Positions 1 through 19,066 of a DNA stretch of 64,000 nucleotides are shown here, piece after piece. Each line of letters opens with the position of its first letter. Within the stretch, counting starts at the first letter, position 1. This stretch comes from the human T2T-CHM13v2.0 reference genome, Homo sapiens. A program made the translations under genes and the position numbers. The stretch is taken from assembly GCF_009914755.1 (NCBI RefSeq), contig NC_060927.1; one strand, written 5' to 3'. The notes under the pieces were generated by a model. It saw only the letters and a list, made by a program, of their open reading frames with translations. It ran no database searches and was not told the origin of the DNA.

Positions 1-218
1 CAGCCATAAACACTATCTAGTTCTAGAACATCCTCCACATCCCTAAAGGCAACTCTGTGCCCACTGGCAGTGGCTCCCCGCTTCTCTCTTGCCCTCCCGA
101 GTGGTTATCCCTGGCAACCACCGGCCTACCTATCTCTATGGATTTGCCGGTTCGGGACATTTCACAAACACAGAATCATACAATATGTGCCATTTTGTGT
201 CTGGCTTCTTTGACTTAG

Positions 219-618
<400 letters not shown>

Positions 619-647
619 TGATAAACATTTGGGTTATTTCCCCCCCC

Positions 648-960
648 GTTTTTTTTTTTTTTTTTTTTTTAATTTGAGACAGGGTCTGGCTCTGTTGTCC
701 AGGCTGGAATTCAGTGGCGTGATACTGGCTCACTGCAACCTCCGCCTCCTGGGCTCAAGTGATTCTCCCACCTTGGCCACCCAAGTAGCTGTGATTACAG
801 GCATGAGCCACCATGCTTGGCTAACTTTTGTATTTTTTGTAGTAACAAGGTATCACTATGTTGCCCAGGCTGGTCTTGAACTCCTGGGCTCAAGTGATTC
901 CAGGATCACCTTAGCCTCCCAAAGTGCTGGGATTACAGGCGTGAGCTACTGCACCTGGCC
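648..960 (-). mobile_element. Alu (J-type)
   Basis: Full dimeric Alu with polyT. Confidence 0.9.
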
Positions 961-1798
961 TGTTTTCACTTTTTGACTATTATACATAATGCTGCTGTGA
1001 ACATGTGTGTACAAGCTCTTGTGTGGACATATGTTTTCACTTCTCCTGGGCTTATAATAGATACAAGGCCAGCTTCTCCCGGTGCCTCTGGGCCCATCAG
1101 CACAGGAAGGCAGGTCTCCCAGAGGTGCAATCCCCTTCTGGGCAGACAGCCTCAACTCCGGGACTCCCCACTGCATCCAAGTGGGTCCTGGGGCATCTGA
1201 ACTCTGAGGACAGATGGGGGCCCTCCAGACTAAAGGACGGAGATCCGATCTACCCAAACTAGTATACTTGCAAATTGTGAAAGGAAGGGAGAGGTGTCAT
1301 GTCACCAAAACTAAAAAATGGAGGAACTGCAAAGGGCTACCCGCTGCAGCCCAGAATTGGACACTTTAATTATTCACTTCTAGTGTTCCCACTGAGTGGC
1401 CCCCAGGTACCCTGAAGGCCTTCAGGGAAGGGCAATTTCCTGCAGCCTAAGCAGCCCCTCCATCTTCAAAATGATCTTCCCTGGGGCAAGGTGAAATCTA
1501 ATACAGAATATTCTGCTCCTGTTTAGCCACAGTAGCCCTTGGCTCAGAACCCTGAAGACAGGCCCCACTCTCCTGGACCCCTCAGTCATCTTAGATACTC
1601 CCGAATTCCTCCCTGGAACCAAAGCCAATCGAGTCTTCAAGTCCAATGACTAAACCCTGGTAAGTACCTCACAATGAACCCCGAAAGGAGACTCACAGAC
1701 AAGGATGCTAAACCTAGGCTTGGCTCTGAAAGACCTCTCCACTCCCTCGGCATCCAGATGCCATCATTTTTATGTAAAATGTAAAACAAACCACCTAC

Positions 1799-2703
1799 CA
1801 GCTTTGGTGGTTCTCCCACAGCTGCCTCAAGCCTTGGTCGGCCAGGCCTTCCAGGATGAAAAGGTGTGTCTTCCCATCCAGCAGGTGGAAGCCAGTGAGC
1901 ACATCCAGGTGCTGCTGCTCCTGGACCCGCACACGCACCTTGAAGGCTGACAGGATCTGCTGCAGGGTCCTGACAGGGTAGGAGTCCAGGCCGAGGGCCT
2001 TAGCGTTGATCATGGTGATGTCCTGCAGCAGGCTGTGGAGCAGGGAGACCTTCTTAAAGTCAAAGACGAAGATGATGCGGCCAAACTGGGAGCCCCCAAG
2101 GTCAGGATCAGCAGCTCTGGCCCCGGCCCTCAGTGGCACCGCGATGTCCACTCGCAACTTGAGCTGGGAGTCAGCCTCTAGGTAGTTGCCCCTGGGCATT
2201 GGGCCGTGCTGGTGGCCATCTCTGGGGACCCCAAGCCCCACAACCTTCCTTCTCCTGCTGTCCTGGCCGCAGTGTGTGGGCTGAACCTCACAGCTGTGGA
2301 TGGGGACGGCCAGATTCAAGTACTTGTGGCCAAGGAGGAGGTCAGCAAAACTGACCTGGGCGATGCCATAAGGGTACCACATCTTGTTCTGGGACTCAAA
2401 GGGGTTGTTCTCTGTCTCTCTGGGAGAGATGAGTGCCTGGAAGTTGAGGTATGAATCCAGAGGGTCCTCCCCAAACAGCACGGGCTTCTGAGAACACTCC
2501 TCTGACTTGCGGTCCCGGTCGTGAACTTCCACCACCATGGGGGGGCCCTCCAGGTATTCCCTTAGGTCACTGGGGTGCAGTGCCCCAAGGAAGATGACGT
2601 TGATGTCCTGGAAATAAACGTGGGTTCCATGGGGCTCCCCCTTGGTCTTGTGAACTGGAGTCTTATGGAACTGGTACTTGCAGTACACAGGCATGCACAG
2701 CCT
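1799..2703 (-). CDS. CFAP92: CFAP92 coding exon 9 (large, 905 nt); gene continues beyond left edge
   Basis: acceptor ctctctcgtag|AGG in phase with exon 8; RLCMPVYCKYQFHK...VEVHDRD...WENHQS, donor TG|gtaggt; open 300-codon non-repetitive ORF. Confidence 0.85.
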
Positions 2704-4416
2704 CTACGAGAGAGCAGGGCCACAGCAGGTCACCCAGCCACAAGGACAGTCACTCAGCCCCAGCATGAGGAGCTCAAATCCCAGTGCCAGGCTCATTGCC
2801 TGTCCCTGTAGCCCAAGTTTTCTCATCCACAAAATATCCATAAGAGACACTACTGTGCAAGGTCATTACTAGGACTGCAGACATCATGCATGTGAACGCA
2901 CCAGGATGGCGACTGGCATGAAACAAGGACTCAAAAAGCATTCGTTACTTATTTTCCTCCCAAAATGTGAGTGCCATGAAGATAGGCCATGTGTCCTTTT
3001 TCATACCTGTACTTCTAGTTCCTATCCCGAGGCTGGGCACAGAAAAGGTACAGAGAAGTGATTTTTAGAAAGGAAATCTCTGTTTTCCAAATATATATCT
3101 GGGGGTCGACACAGACCCCTTTAGCAGAGCCACAGGTGCCAAGCTGAAAACTGACACTCTGGGCAGGAGACAGCCTCAGAGAGGTCTGGGCCTCAGAGAG
3201 CACGGAGAACAGGGTGGAAAGGAAGAGCCAAGCTATGCTGAGGCAGAAAGCAGGGACATTTGCATGGTTTGACCTTGGTGCTGAGATTTTATCATCACAA
3301 ATTAAGCCTTACACAAGTCTGTGGTCTGAATTCGTAATCTAAAGGCACTATTTATTTTACACGGAAGCTGAGAATTTATTCTAAAATAATCCCGGATTGG
3401 CGGTGCTCCCAGAGCAGTGGGCAGAGACACAATACCTCTGGAGATAGTCACTTTCAACCTAGGCCTCAAAGAATTCCCATCAAGAAAGTTCCATTGAACA
3501 CGAGATCATGGTAAAAATCACAGAACACGTAAAGACAAAGGCACTACTAGTGAAATCAGATGCACCAAGGCATAAGATATTAGAATGATCAGAGATATAA
3601 AATAAGGATATAAGTTTAAGAAAAGAAAGAATATAATCAAGGTAAAACCTATTGTATTTCTATTTATTTGTAACTGGCTTGGCACAGTTGAGAAAGCCAA
3701 ATACCAACCACACAATGGAGAAGCTGAGAACCAACCAGATTTTCTCTGTAAAACTCTCAAAAGACTTGGGAATGGCAAACCTAGTATCTCTGGAACTGGC
3801 AGTAAAAAGGAACGGCTGGAGCAGGGAGGACTGGGTGCAAGTTCCTTAAGAAGCAATCAGATCCCTAGGTGTCCCCCCAGTGGCTCGGCAGAAGTCTACT
3901 AGTTTGCTCTCCAGGCAAAATGTAAATAGGGGGTCCTGAAAACTTCAAAGCACTGATGAAAAAAAAAAAAGATGTAAATAAATGGAGAGATGTACTATAT
4001 ACATAGATTGGAAGACAATATAGCAAAGATGTCAACTCTCCTCAAACCAATCAGTTTATAGGTTTACAAATGTAATGCAATTCCAATCAAAATCCCAGCA
4101 CAACTTTTTGTAGATATTGATAAACTGATTCTAAAATTTGTATAGAAGAGCCAGGAAACTGGAAGAGCTAAAACAATGTTGAAAACTAAAGTTGGAGGAA
4201 CCACTTCACCCATTTTTACGACTTACTACAAAGCTACTATAAGCAAGACAGTGTCGTGTTGCTGAAAGGACAGACACAGACCCACGGATCAGAAAAGAGA
4301 AACCGGAAACAGATCCACACAAGTATGGCTAATCTATGTTTATCAAAAGTGCAAAAGAAAGAAACTTCAACGTAAACCTCACACCATATACAAAAATTCA
4401 TTCAAAATTGATCAAA

Positions 4417-4577
4417 GGCTGGGTGTGGTGGCTCACACCTTTAATCCCAGCACTTTGGGAGGCTGACGCAGGAGGACTGCTTGAGGCCAGGAGGTTTGAG
4501 GTTTCAACGAGCTACAACTGCACCACTGCACACCAACCTGGACAACAAATGAGATTCTGTCTCAAAAAAGAAAAAAA
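4417..4577 (+). mobile_element. Alu monomer (FAM/FRAM-like)
   Basis: ggctgggtgtggtggctcac... single arm with A tail. Confidence 0.75.
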
Positions 4578-4935
4578 TTGATCGAAGATATAAATGTTAA
4601 CTATAAAACTATTAAAGCATTGAGAAGAAAACAGAAAAAAAAAATCCTTCTGACCAGGGGTTAGGCAAAGAGTTCTTAGATGTGACACAGAAACACAATG
4701 CATACATGAAAAAAAATGTATAATTTGGACTTCATCAAAATTAAAATTTTTGCTCTGCAAAAGACACTGTAAAGAGAATGAAAAGATGTGCTTGTCACAG
4801 ATTGGGTTAAAAATAAAAGAGAATGACAAGACAAACTACAGACTGGGAGAAAATATTAGCAAATAATATATCCAACAACAGACTTAAATCCAGAATGTGT
4901 ATGTAAACACACATTTATTATATATATATATTTAT

Positions 4936-5572
<637 letters not shown>

Positions 5573-6414
5573 TAAAACTCCCAAAACTCAGCAGTAAGAC
5601 AGTAAACAACCCAACTGAAAAATGAGCAAAAATTTGAGCAGAAATTTCACCAAATGGGATGTAAAATGGCAAATAAACACATCAAAAGATGCTCAACATC
5701 ATTATCCGTCAGGGAACTACAAATTAAAACCATGATGTGATAACAATACAAACTTCTTAGACTGGCTAAACTTAAAATACTGACAATACCACATTCTGGA
5801 GAGGGTAGGGAGCAACTAGAACCCTTGTTCACTGCTGATGAGAATGCAGAGTGATCAGCCGCACTGGAAAATGGTGGGCAGTTTTTCATAGTCAGGCATA
5901 TACTTAACATATAGCCTAGCAATTTCATTTGTTGGCATTTACCCTAAAGAACTGAAAACTTATGTTCCTATAAAAACATGTGTACACTGTTTTTAAGCAG
6001 CTCTATTCATAATTACCAAAAACTAGAAGCAACCTAAATGTCCTTTGATGAGTGCACGAACAAACTGTGGTACACCCTTGTGATGGAATACTGCTCAGCA
6101 ATGAAAAGGAAAGAACTACCGATAGATGCGGCCACTTGAATGAATCTGAAAGGCATTACCTTGAGTGGAGAGGCCATGCACATTGTTATCTGCTGAATCA
6201 AAGGTTACAGCTGCATGATGCTGCAAAACACAGAGCCCCATTTACATGACATTCTTCCAGAGTTAAAACTATAGTCATAAAGAACACATCAGTGGCTGTC
6301 AGAGGTTATGTGTGTGAAGCAAAAGTGATTATGAAGGGCGAGTACAAAGGAGGGGTTTGGGGTAACAGAACTGTATCCTAACTGTAGTGGTGATAATATT
6401 GATCTATACGTGAT

Positions 6415-6714
6415 TTTATTTTATTTTTCTGAGACAGAGTTTCTCTCTCATAGCCCAGGCTGGAGTGCAATGGCGCGATCTTGGCTCACGGCAACCTCTG
6501 CCTCCCAGGCTCAAGCAATTCTCCTGCTTCAGCCTCCTGAGGAGCTGGGATCACAGGCACGTGCCACCACGCTCAGCTGATTTTTGTGTTTTTAGTAGAG
6601 ACAGGGTTTCCCCCATGTTGGCCAGGCTGGTCTGAAACTCCTGACCTGAAATGATCCACCTGCCTCAGCCTCCCAAAATGCTGGGATTACAGGTGTTAGC
6701 CACTGCACCTGGCC
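6415..6714 (-). mobile_element. Alu
   Basis: Dimeric Alu, TSD-like tgatctatac flanks. Confidence 0.88.
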
Positions 6715-7781
6715 TGATCTATACATAATTTTAAATTTATAGACCTATAAACCAAAAGATAAACATCAATTTTACTGTAGAAAAATTTGTTTTTTAAAAA
6801 AAATAACAGAGGGTCTCTGGAATAGGGGATAGTTGAGGGCATCTGTGCCGTTCCCAAATAGGGAGATTAGGTGACCAAATGCTCACTGCTTAGTGCAAAT
6901 TCCCAGCTCCTTTCTGTCTGTGGGCATTCAGAATGCAGCAGGCTAGACCCTGACCCCCCAGGCAGGGAACTAGGAAAGCCCTGTAGAACCCAGGGGTTCC
7001 CACCAACGCCCCACTCAGATCACCCGATGGTGAAGCTCAGAGCTGAGAAGCCCACCGTGCACCCAAAGCTCGCCTTTTAGGTCTGTGCTCTCTCAGCCAT
7101 GAGCAGTGGGCCAGGGGATTAACAGACAGTGGAGGAAAACGTCTGACCTGGAAGGTGGAGTGAAACAAACAGGAAGATCAACCTAAAGGAAGCGGACTAC
7201 ACACGTGACGACAGTGCCCATGAAGCAAGCTGGAAGTGCTGTGTCCCAGGCCCCCGACACCCTCAAGTTCAGTGATTCGCTAGGAGAACTCACAGAACTC
7301 AGCATGGGTGCAGCGCACTTGTGTCTGTGATTTATTACAGCAAAAGAGACAAAGCAAACAACAAAGGGGGCAGGCACAAGCTGCTGAAGTCCTCTCCCAG
7401 GGGATACACACAGGGGGTGCTCAACTCCTCCCTGATGCAGTGCAGCAACGTGTGAAATGCTGTCCACTGGGGAAGCCCATGAGGGACTCACTGCCTAGGG
7501 CTTTTGCTGAGGCCTGGTCACATAGCACCCCCTGCCTAGCATGTATGAAAATCTCAGCCTCCCAAAGGGAAAGCAGGCATTCAGCACAAACGATACTGTT
7601 TGCAAAAGCCATTTAGGCACAGTGAGCCATTCTTAACGGGGAGTGCGGGGAACCCTCTCAAAATGCAAGTTCCCATATACCAGCCTGGGTCAACTCTGCA
7701 AACAGGACTTTTTAAGGACGGTAGTCTCAGGCCCACTCTGTTCACTCTTTTCTGAACATTTCCTAGAAAAAGGATCAATTA

Positions 7782-8002
<221 letters not shown>

Positions 8003-8761
8003 CTAACAGAGTCCCAAAAAGAAAGGGGGAAAAAAATGAAGAAATAATCAGTGAAATAATTTAAGACAATTTCCCGGTGCTGAAGGATGTGGGCTTCTAG
8101 GTTGAAATGGCCCACTGAATCCCCAGCTTCACGGGTAAAAATACACTTACAGAGTTCCTGTTCTGGATCAAGATGGAATAGACACACTTCTAGTTCTACT
8201 AAGTACAGCTTTAAAACTCTGCAGGTTGTATATATAAAAAAAAAATACAAAGACTTTGAAAAGTACAGAAAAGGTGTTTAGGGAACATGGGATCCTGGGT
8301 CTTCTATTTGCCTCATATATTCCGGACTGAGTGCTGGAGAAGGCAGTATCCAGAAATACCAGTGAGAGTAGGCAGAAAGGACCCCAAGAAAAGTCTGCTT
8401 TCTCCATATCAAAGACGAAGAAAGGGACAACTCAGCAGAACAGCAAACTTTTAGGCAAATAACCTCCCTACCCCAGACACACACCATGGAAAAAATCATG
8501 CCCCACCCCAGAAACAAAGGCTACATGGGAAGCCTGGACTTCTACCCTCACTGACTTTAACTTGGTGCTCCTTACCTCACTGGGGTAGTGTCAGAAAAGA
8601 CCTGGTGGGGAGCCAGGACTTTCCCCAACCCTCAATGGAAATGAAGCCTCCCATCATGTATCAGTGAAGTCCACAAGAGCAGTAACAAGATATCCCTACC
8701 CACAGGGTACAGTGGCCAAGTGGGGAACCTGGAGTCTCACCTGGCAGTATTGAGATGGTAA

Positions 8762-9110
<349 letters not shown>

Positions 9111-9361
9111 TAAACGTAAGATTCAAATAAGATACAGTCTCATAATGTAATACTCAATATATCCAAGATAGAATTTTTAAAAAATCACCTGTCATACCAG
9201 AAAAATCAACTTGAATGGGAAAAACCAATGAACAGACACCAACACTGAGATGATACAGATCTTGGAATTATCTGAAAAGGAATCTGAAGCAGTAATGAAC
9301 ATGCTTGAAACAAATGAAAAAATTAGTTGCTCAGCAAAGAAACAGGAGATATAAAGAATAA

Positions 9362-9820
9362 ACAAGGTGTGGTGGTGCATGCCTTTAGTCCCAGCTGCTC
9401 GGGAGGCTGAGGTGGCAGGGTCACTTGAGCTCAGGAGTTCAAGGCTGCAGTGAGCCATGATAGTGCCATTGTACTCCAGCCTGGGTGACAGAGCAAGACA
9501 AGACCCCATCTCTTAAAAAGAAAGTAAATAGGCCGGGTGCGGTGGCTCACACCTGTAAATCCAGCACTTTGGGAGGCCAAGGGGGTGGCTCACGAGATCA
9601 GGAGTTCAAGACCAGCCTGACCAAGATAGTGAAACCCCATATCTACTAAAAATACAAAAATTAGCCAGGCATGTTGACAGGTGCCTGTAATCCCAGCTAT
9701 TTGGGAAGCTGAGGCAGAGAACTGCTTGAACCCAGGATGCGGAGGTTGCAGTGGGCCAAGATGGCACCATTGCACTGGGCGACAGAGTAAGACTCCAACT
9801 CAAAAAGCAAAACAAAACAA
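9362..9820 (+). mobile_element. Alu monomer plus full Alu
   Basis: 9362-9525 and 9531-9820. Confidence 0.85.
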
Positions 9821-9960
9821 AAATGGAAATCTTAGAACTGAAAAATACAATAACTGCAATAAAAAAACTCAATAGATGGACTCAATGCAGAATGGAATGT
9901 ACAGAGGAAAGAATCTGTAAACCTGAAGACAAAACAATAGAAATAGAAATACCCAATCTG

Positions 9961-13130
<3,170 letters not shown>

Positions 13131-13600
13131 AGAAAATAGAAAGAAAAAAAGAAATTACCCAATCTGAACAACACAGGGGAAAAAAGACACAAAAATCAAA
13201 ATCAGAACTTCAGGGCCCTGTGGGACTAAAACAAAAGAACTAATATTCATGTCATTGGAGTTTCAGAAGGAGAGGAGAAAAAAGGTGGTGCTGAAAAGTA
13301 TTCCAATAAATAATGGCTAAAATTTTCTCAAATTTGGCAAAATACATAAGCCTATAGATTCAAAGAGCTGAGAGAACCCCAAATAAGATAAACACAAAGA
13401 AATCCACACCAAGACATGTCATAGTCAAACTTCTGTAAATTAATGACAAAGAAAGAAAATCTTGAAAGCTGCAAGAGATAAATGCCACCTTACTTATAGG
13501 GAAAAAAAAGTAATTTGAATGACAGCAGATTTCCCATCAGAAACTGTAGTGGTAAGAAGAAAGTGGTATAACATTTTTCAAGTGTTAAAAAAAAAAATCC

Positions 13601-13905
13601 AGCCAGGCACAGTGGCTCACACCTGTAACCCCAGCACTTTGGGAGGCCGAGGTGCGTGCATCACCTGAGGTCAGGAGTTTGACACTAGCCTGGCTAACAT
13701 GGTGAAATTCTGTCTCTACTAAAAATACAAAAATTAGCCAGGCATGGTGGTGCATGCTCATAATCCCAGCTACTCAGGAGGCTGAGGCAGGAGAATCACT
13801 TGAACCCAGGAGGCAGACGTTGCAGTGAGCCAACATCATGCCACTACACTCCAGCCTGGGTGACAGAGCCAGACTCTCTCAAAAAAAAAAAAAAAAAAAA
13901 GAAAG
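13601..13905 (+). mobile_element. Alu (S-type)
   Basis: Dimeric Alu with A tail. Confidence 0.9.
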
Positions 13906-14712
13906 AAATCAACCCCATTCTATACCAATTCTATATCCAGTAAGACTATCCTTCCAGAATGAAGGAAAAATAAAAACACCCTGAGACAAAGAACAACTAA
14001 AAGAATTTGTTTTCAGCAGATTTATCCTAGAAGAAAGGCGAAAGGAAGTTCTTGAAACAGAAAGGAAATGACAAAAGAAGTCTTGGAACATTAGAAAGGA
14101 AGAAAGGATAATGGAATAAGTAGAACCACGGGTAAACAAATACACTTTCCTTCAACCCTTGAGTTTTCTAGGTTATGTGTTATGTTTGACAGTTGAAGCA
14201 AAAAGTATAACATCATCTCATGTGGTTATCAATCTATGTAGAGGAAATATTTAGGGAAACTAAAGGGGTATGGAGGGAGGTAAAGTTTCTATATTTCACT
14301 CAAACTGGTAAAATATTGATACCAAGAGATTGCGAAAAGTTATGTTATGCGTTAAATATAATATCCAGAGTGCCACTAAAAATCTATACCAAGAGATATA
14401 AATTCAAAAATACTACAGATAAATCAAAATGGAATTCTAAAAATGGGTCAAGTAACCCACAAGAAAGCAGGAATAAAAACCAAGAGAAACAAAAAAACAG
14501 AAGGAACAGACAGAAAACAAAAATTAAAATGGTAGACTTAAGCTCTAATATATCAACATTTACTCTAAATATAATGGTCTAAATACGTCAATTAAAAGGC
14601 AGAGTAAATAAAGAAACATGACCAAACTACATGCAAGGCCATTATCCTGGAGTGGGGGAGAAGGCCAGTCTCAAAAGGTCACATGCTGGATGTTTTCATT
14701 TATATAACCACA

Positions 14713-15135
14713 CCAGTTTCCTACGAAGCGCCATAAACTGGGGGTGGCTTAAAATGACAGAAATTTATTGTCTCCCTGTTCTGAGGCTAGAAGTCAGAAA
14801 TTAAGCTGTTGGCAGGGCCACATTTCCTCAGAAGGTGCTCAGGAAGGTCCTTCCTTGCCTCTTCCAGCTTCTGGTGGCCCCAGATGTCCCCTGGCATGTG
14901 GCAGCATCCACTTTCCATGTGGCGTTCTCTGTGTGTCACTTTGCATAGTCTTCCCTCTACGTGTGTCTGTCTCTGGGTCCAATTTTCCCCCTTTCATAAG
15001 GATACCCTAATGACCTCATTTCAACTTGACTACCTCTGCAAAGACCCTCTTTCCAAATAAGATCACATTCTGAGATACTGGGCGTTAGGAGTTCAACATA
15101 CCATTTTTTGGAGGAACACAATTCAATCCTTAACA
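14713..15135 (-). mobile_element. MLT1 (MaLR) solo LTR
   Basis: aaactggg..ggcttaaa..cagaaatttatt...cacaattcaatccttaaca pattern. Confidence 0.7.
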
Positions 15136-15524
15136 ATAACATTTTCAAATTGACAAAAGTGTAGAGATAGCAAATTAGTGGTTAGGGATGGTGGGTGTTA
15201 GGGGTTGTTGTGACTATAAAAGGGTAGCACGAAGGAGATCTTTGTGATGACAGAATATTTCTACATCTCAAGTGCTGTGACAGTTACATACATGTACAAT
15301 AAAATGGCACAGACCTATATACACATTAGACTCATGTCAATGTGCTGATTTTGATATTGTGCTATAGTTATGAAACACCTAATTACTGAGGAAATTGGAC
15401 AAAGGATACATGGGACCTCTCTGTACTGTCTTTGCAACTTTCCGTGAATCTATATTTTAAAGTATGACATATGTATATGGACATACTCACACTAAGACAC
15501 ACAAGCAGTTTCAGAAGACAAAAA

Positions 15525-16280
<756 letters not shown>

Positions 16281-16723
16281 CTATATGCAGCCAAACTACC
16301 AGTCATGTGTAAGGATAAAAAAAGGTAGAAAAAAATATATCTGCAGACATATGAGATCTCAAAAATAAATCTCCCATTGACCTTTTCTCGAGAAGCTACT
16401 AGAGGATGCACTCCAGCAAAACCAGACAGCAAATAAAGGGAGAGAATTCAGGAGACAGGGATCCAACCAGAAGAGGGAACAAGGAACTCACAGAATAAAC
16501 AGCAGTGCTGAACCTGGTTGGTTCACAATGAGTTAGCATCCCGCTGGCAACTGCCACAGGAAGAGGGAAGCCTGGGGGCTCCTGAAGGGAGGTTCATGAC
16601 CTGCATGTGAAGAGCACCTGCGGCATAGTAGGAGACCTCAGGACTGGTCACACCTAATCCCAGGAACCCCATCTCTTTTGTATCTCACTGTGGGATCCTA
16701 AATGGTAAAATACAGGTGATAAC

Positions 16724-17157
16724 TGTCAGGCCTCTGAGCCCAGGCCAGGCCATCACATCCCCTGTGACTTGCACGTATACATCCAGATGGCCTGAAGTAA
16801 CTGAAGATCCACAAAAGAAATAAAAACAGCCTTAACTGATGACATTCCACCATTGTGATTTGTTCCCGCCCCACCCTAACTGATCAATGTACTTTGTAGT
16901 CTCCCCCACCCTTAAGAAGGTTCTTTGTAATTCTCCCCACTCTTGAGAATGTATTTTGTGAGATCCACCCCTGCCCACCAGAGAACAACCCCCTTTGACT
17001 GTAATTTTCCATTACCTTCCCAAATCCTATAAAACGGCCCCACTCCCTTCGCTGACTCTCTTTTCGGACTCAGCCCGCCTGCACCCAGGTGAAATAAACA
17101 GCCATGTTGCTCACACAAAGCCTGTTTGGTGGTCTCTTCACACGGACGCGCATGAAA
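16724..17157 (+). mobile_element. HERV-H 5' LTR (LTR7Y-like)
   Basis: TGTCAGG...CATGAAA, TATAAAA box; cccaggccaggcc 5' end recalled as LTR7Y. Confidence 0.85.
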
Positions 17158-17159
17158 TG

Positions 17160-17177
17160 TGGTGCCGTGACTCGGAT
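17160..17177 (+). other. Primer binding site, tRNA-His
   Basis: TGGTGCCGTGACTCGGAT immediately after 5' LTR. Confidence 0.9.
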
Positions 17178-18739
17178 CGGGGGACCTCCCTTGGGAGATC
17201 AATCCCCCGTCCTCCTGCTCTTTGCTCCGTGAGAAAGATCCACCTCTATGACCTCAGGTCCTCAGACCGACCAGCCCAAGAAACATCTCACCAATTTCAA
17301 ATCCGGTAAGCGGCCTCTTTTGACTCTCTTCTCCAACCTCCCTCACTATCCCTCAACCTCTTTCTCCTTTCAATCTTGGTGCCACACTTCAATCTCTCCC
17401 TTAATTTCAATTCCTTTCATTTTCTGGTAGAGACAAAAGAGACACGTTTTATCCGTGGACCCAAAACTCCGGCGCCGGTCACGGACTGGGAAGGCAGCCT
17501 TCCCTTGGTGTTTAATCATTGCAGGGACGCTCTCTGATTATACACCCACGTTTCAAGGGTGTCAGACCACGCAGGGACGCCTGCCTTGGTCCTTCACCCT
17601 TAGCGGCTAGTCCCGCTTTTCTGGGGAAGGGGCAAGTACCCGTGAACCCCTTCTCCTTCACCCTCAGCGGCAAGTCCCGCTTTCCTGGGGCAGGGGCAAG
17701 TACCCCTCAACCCCTTCTCCTTCACCCTCAGCGGCAAGTCCCACTTTCCTGGGGCAGGGGCAAGTACCCCTCAACCCCTTCTCCTTCACCCTTAGCGGCA
17801 AGTCCCGCTTTTCTAGGGGGCAAGAACCCCCAAACCCCTTCCCTCCGGGTCTCTATGCTCTCTTTTCTCTGGGTTTGCTTCCTTCACTATGGGCAACCTT
17901 CCACCCTCCATTCCTCCTCCTTCTCCCTTAGCCTGTGTGCTCAAGAACTTAAAACCTCTTCAACTCACACCTGACCTAAAACCTAAATGCCTTATTTTCT
18001 TCTGCAATGCCGCTTGACCCCAATACAAACTCAACAGTAGTTCCAAATAGCCAGAAAATGGCACTTTAAATTTTTCCATCCTGCAAGATCTAAATAATTC
18101 TTGTCGTAAAATAGGCAAACGGTCTGAGGTGCCTGACGTCCCGGCATTCTTTTACACATCAGTCCCTTCCTAGTCGCTGTGCCCAGGGCAACTCCTCCCA
18201 AATCTTCCTTCTTTCCCTCCCGCCTGTCCCCTCAGTCCCAACCCCAAGCATCACTGACTCTTTCTAATCTTCCTTTTCTACAGACCCATCTGACCTCTCC
18301 CCTCCTCACCAGGCCGAGCTAGGTCCCAATTCTTCCTCAGCCTCCGCTCCTCCACCCTATAATCCTTTTATCACCTCCCCTCCTCACACCTGGTCCTGCT
18401 TATGGTTTCATTCCGTGACTAGCCCTCCCCCACCTGCCCAGCAATTTACTCTTAAAAAGGTGGCTGGAGCTGAAGGCATAGTCAAGGTTAATGCTCCTTT
18501 TTCTTTATCCCAAATCAGATAGCGTTTAGGCTCTTTTTCATCAAATATAAAAACCCAACCCAGTTCATGGCAGCAACCCTGAGACGCTTTACAGCCCTAG
18601 ACCCTAAAAGGTCAAAAGGCTGTCTTATTCTCAATATACATTTTATTACCCAATCTGCTCCCGACATTAAATAAAACTCCAAAAATTAAATTCCGGCCCT
18701 CAAACCCCACAACAGGATTGAATTAACCTCTCCTTCAAG

Positions 18740-19066
18740 GTGTACAATAATAGGAAAAAGTTGCAATTCCTTGCCTCCACTGTGAGACAAATCCCAGCCA
18801 CATCTCCAGCACACAAGAACTTCCAAACGCCTGAACCGCAGTGGCCAGGTGTTCCTCCAGAACCTCCTCCCCCAGGAGCTTGCTACAAGTGCCAGAAATC
18901 TGACCACCAGGCCAAGGAATGCCCGCAGCCCAGGATTCCTCCTAAGCCGTGTCCCATCTGTGCGGGACCCCACTGGAAATTGGACTGTTCAACTCACCTG
19001 GCAGCCACTCCCAGAGCCCCTGGAACTCTGGCCCGAGGCTCTCTGACTGACTCCTTCTCGGCTTAG
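18740..19066 (+). pseudogene. HERV-H gag C-terminal (nucleocapsid) remnant
   Basis: CYKCQKSDHQAKEC and CPICAGPHWKLDC zinc knuckles. Confidence 0.85.

Noticed and set aside
1795-2694. 299-aa ORF as a standalone intronless gene or retrocopy
   Set aside because: Has an in-phase acceptor at 2704 and donor at 1798, and joins exon 8 in frame; no polyA or TSD
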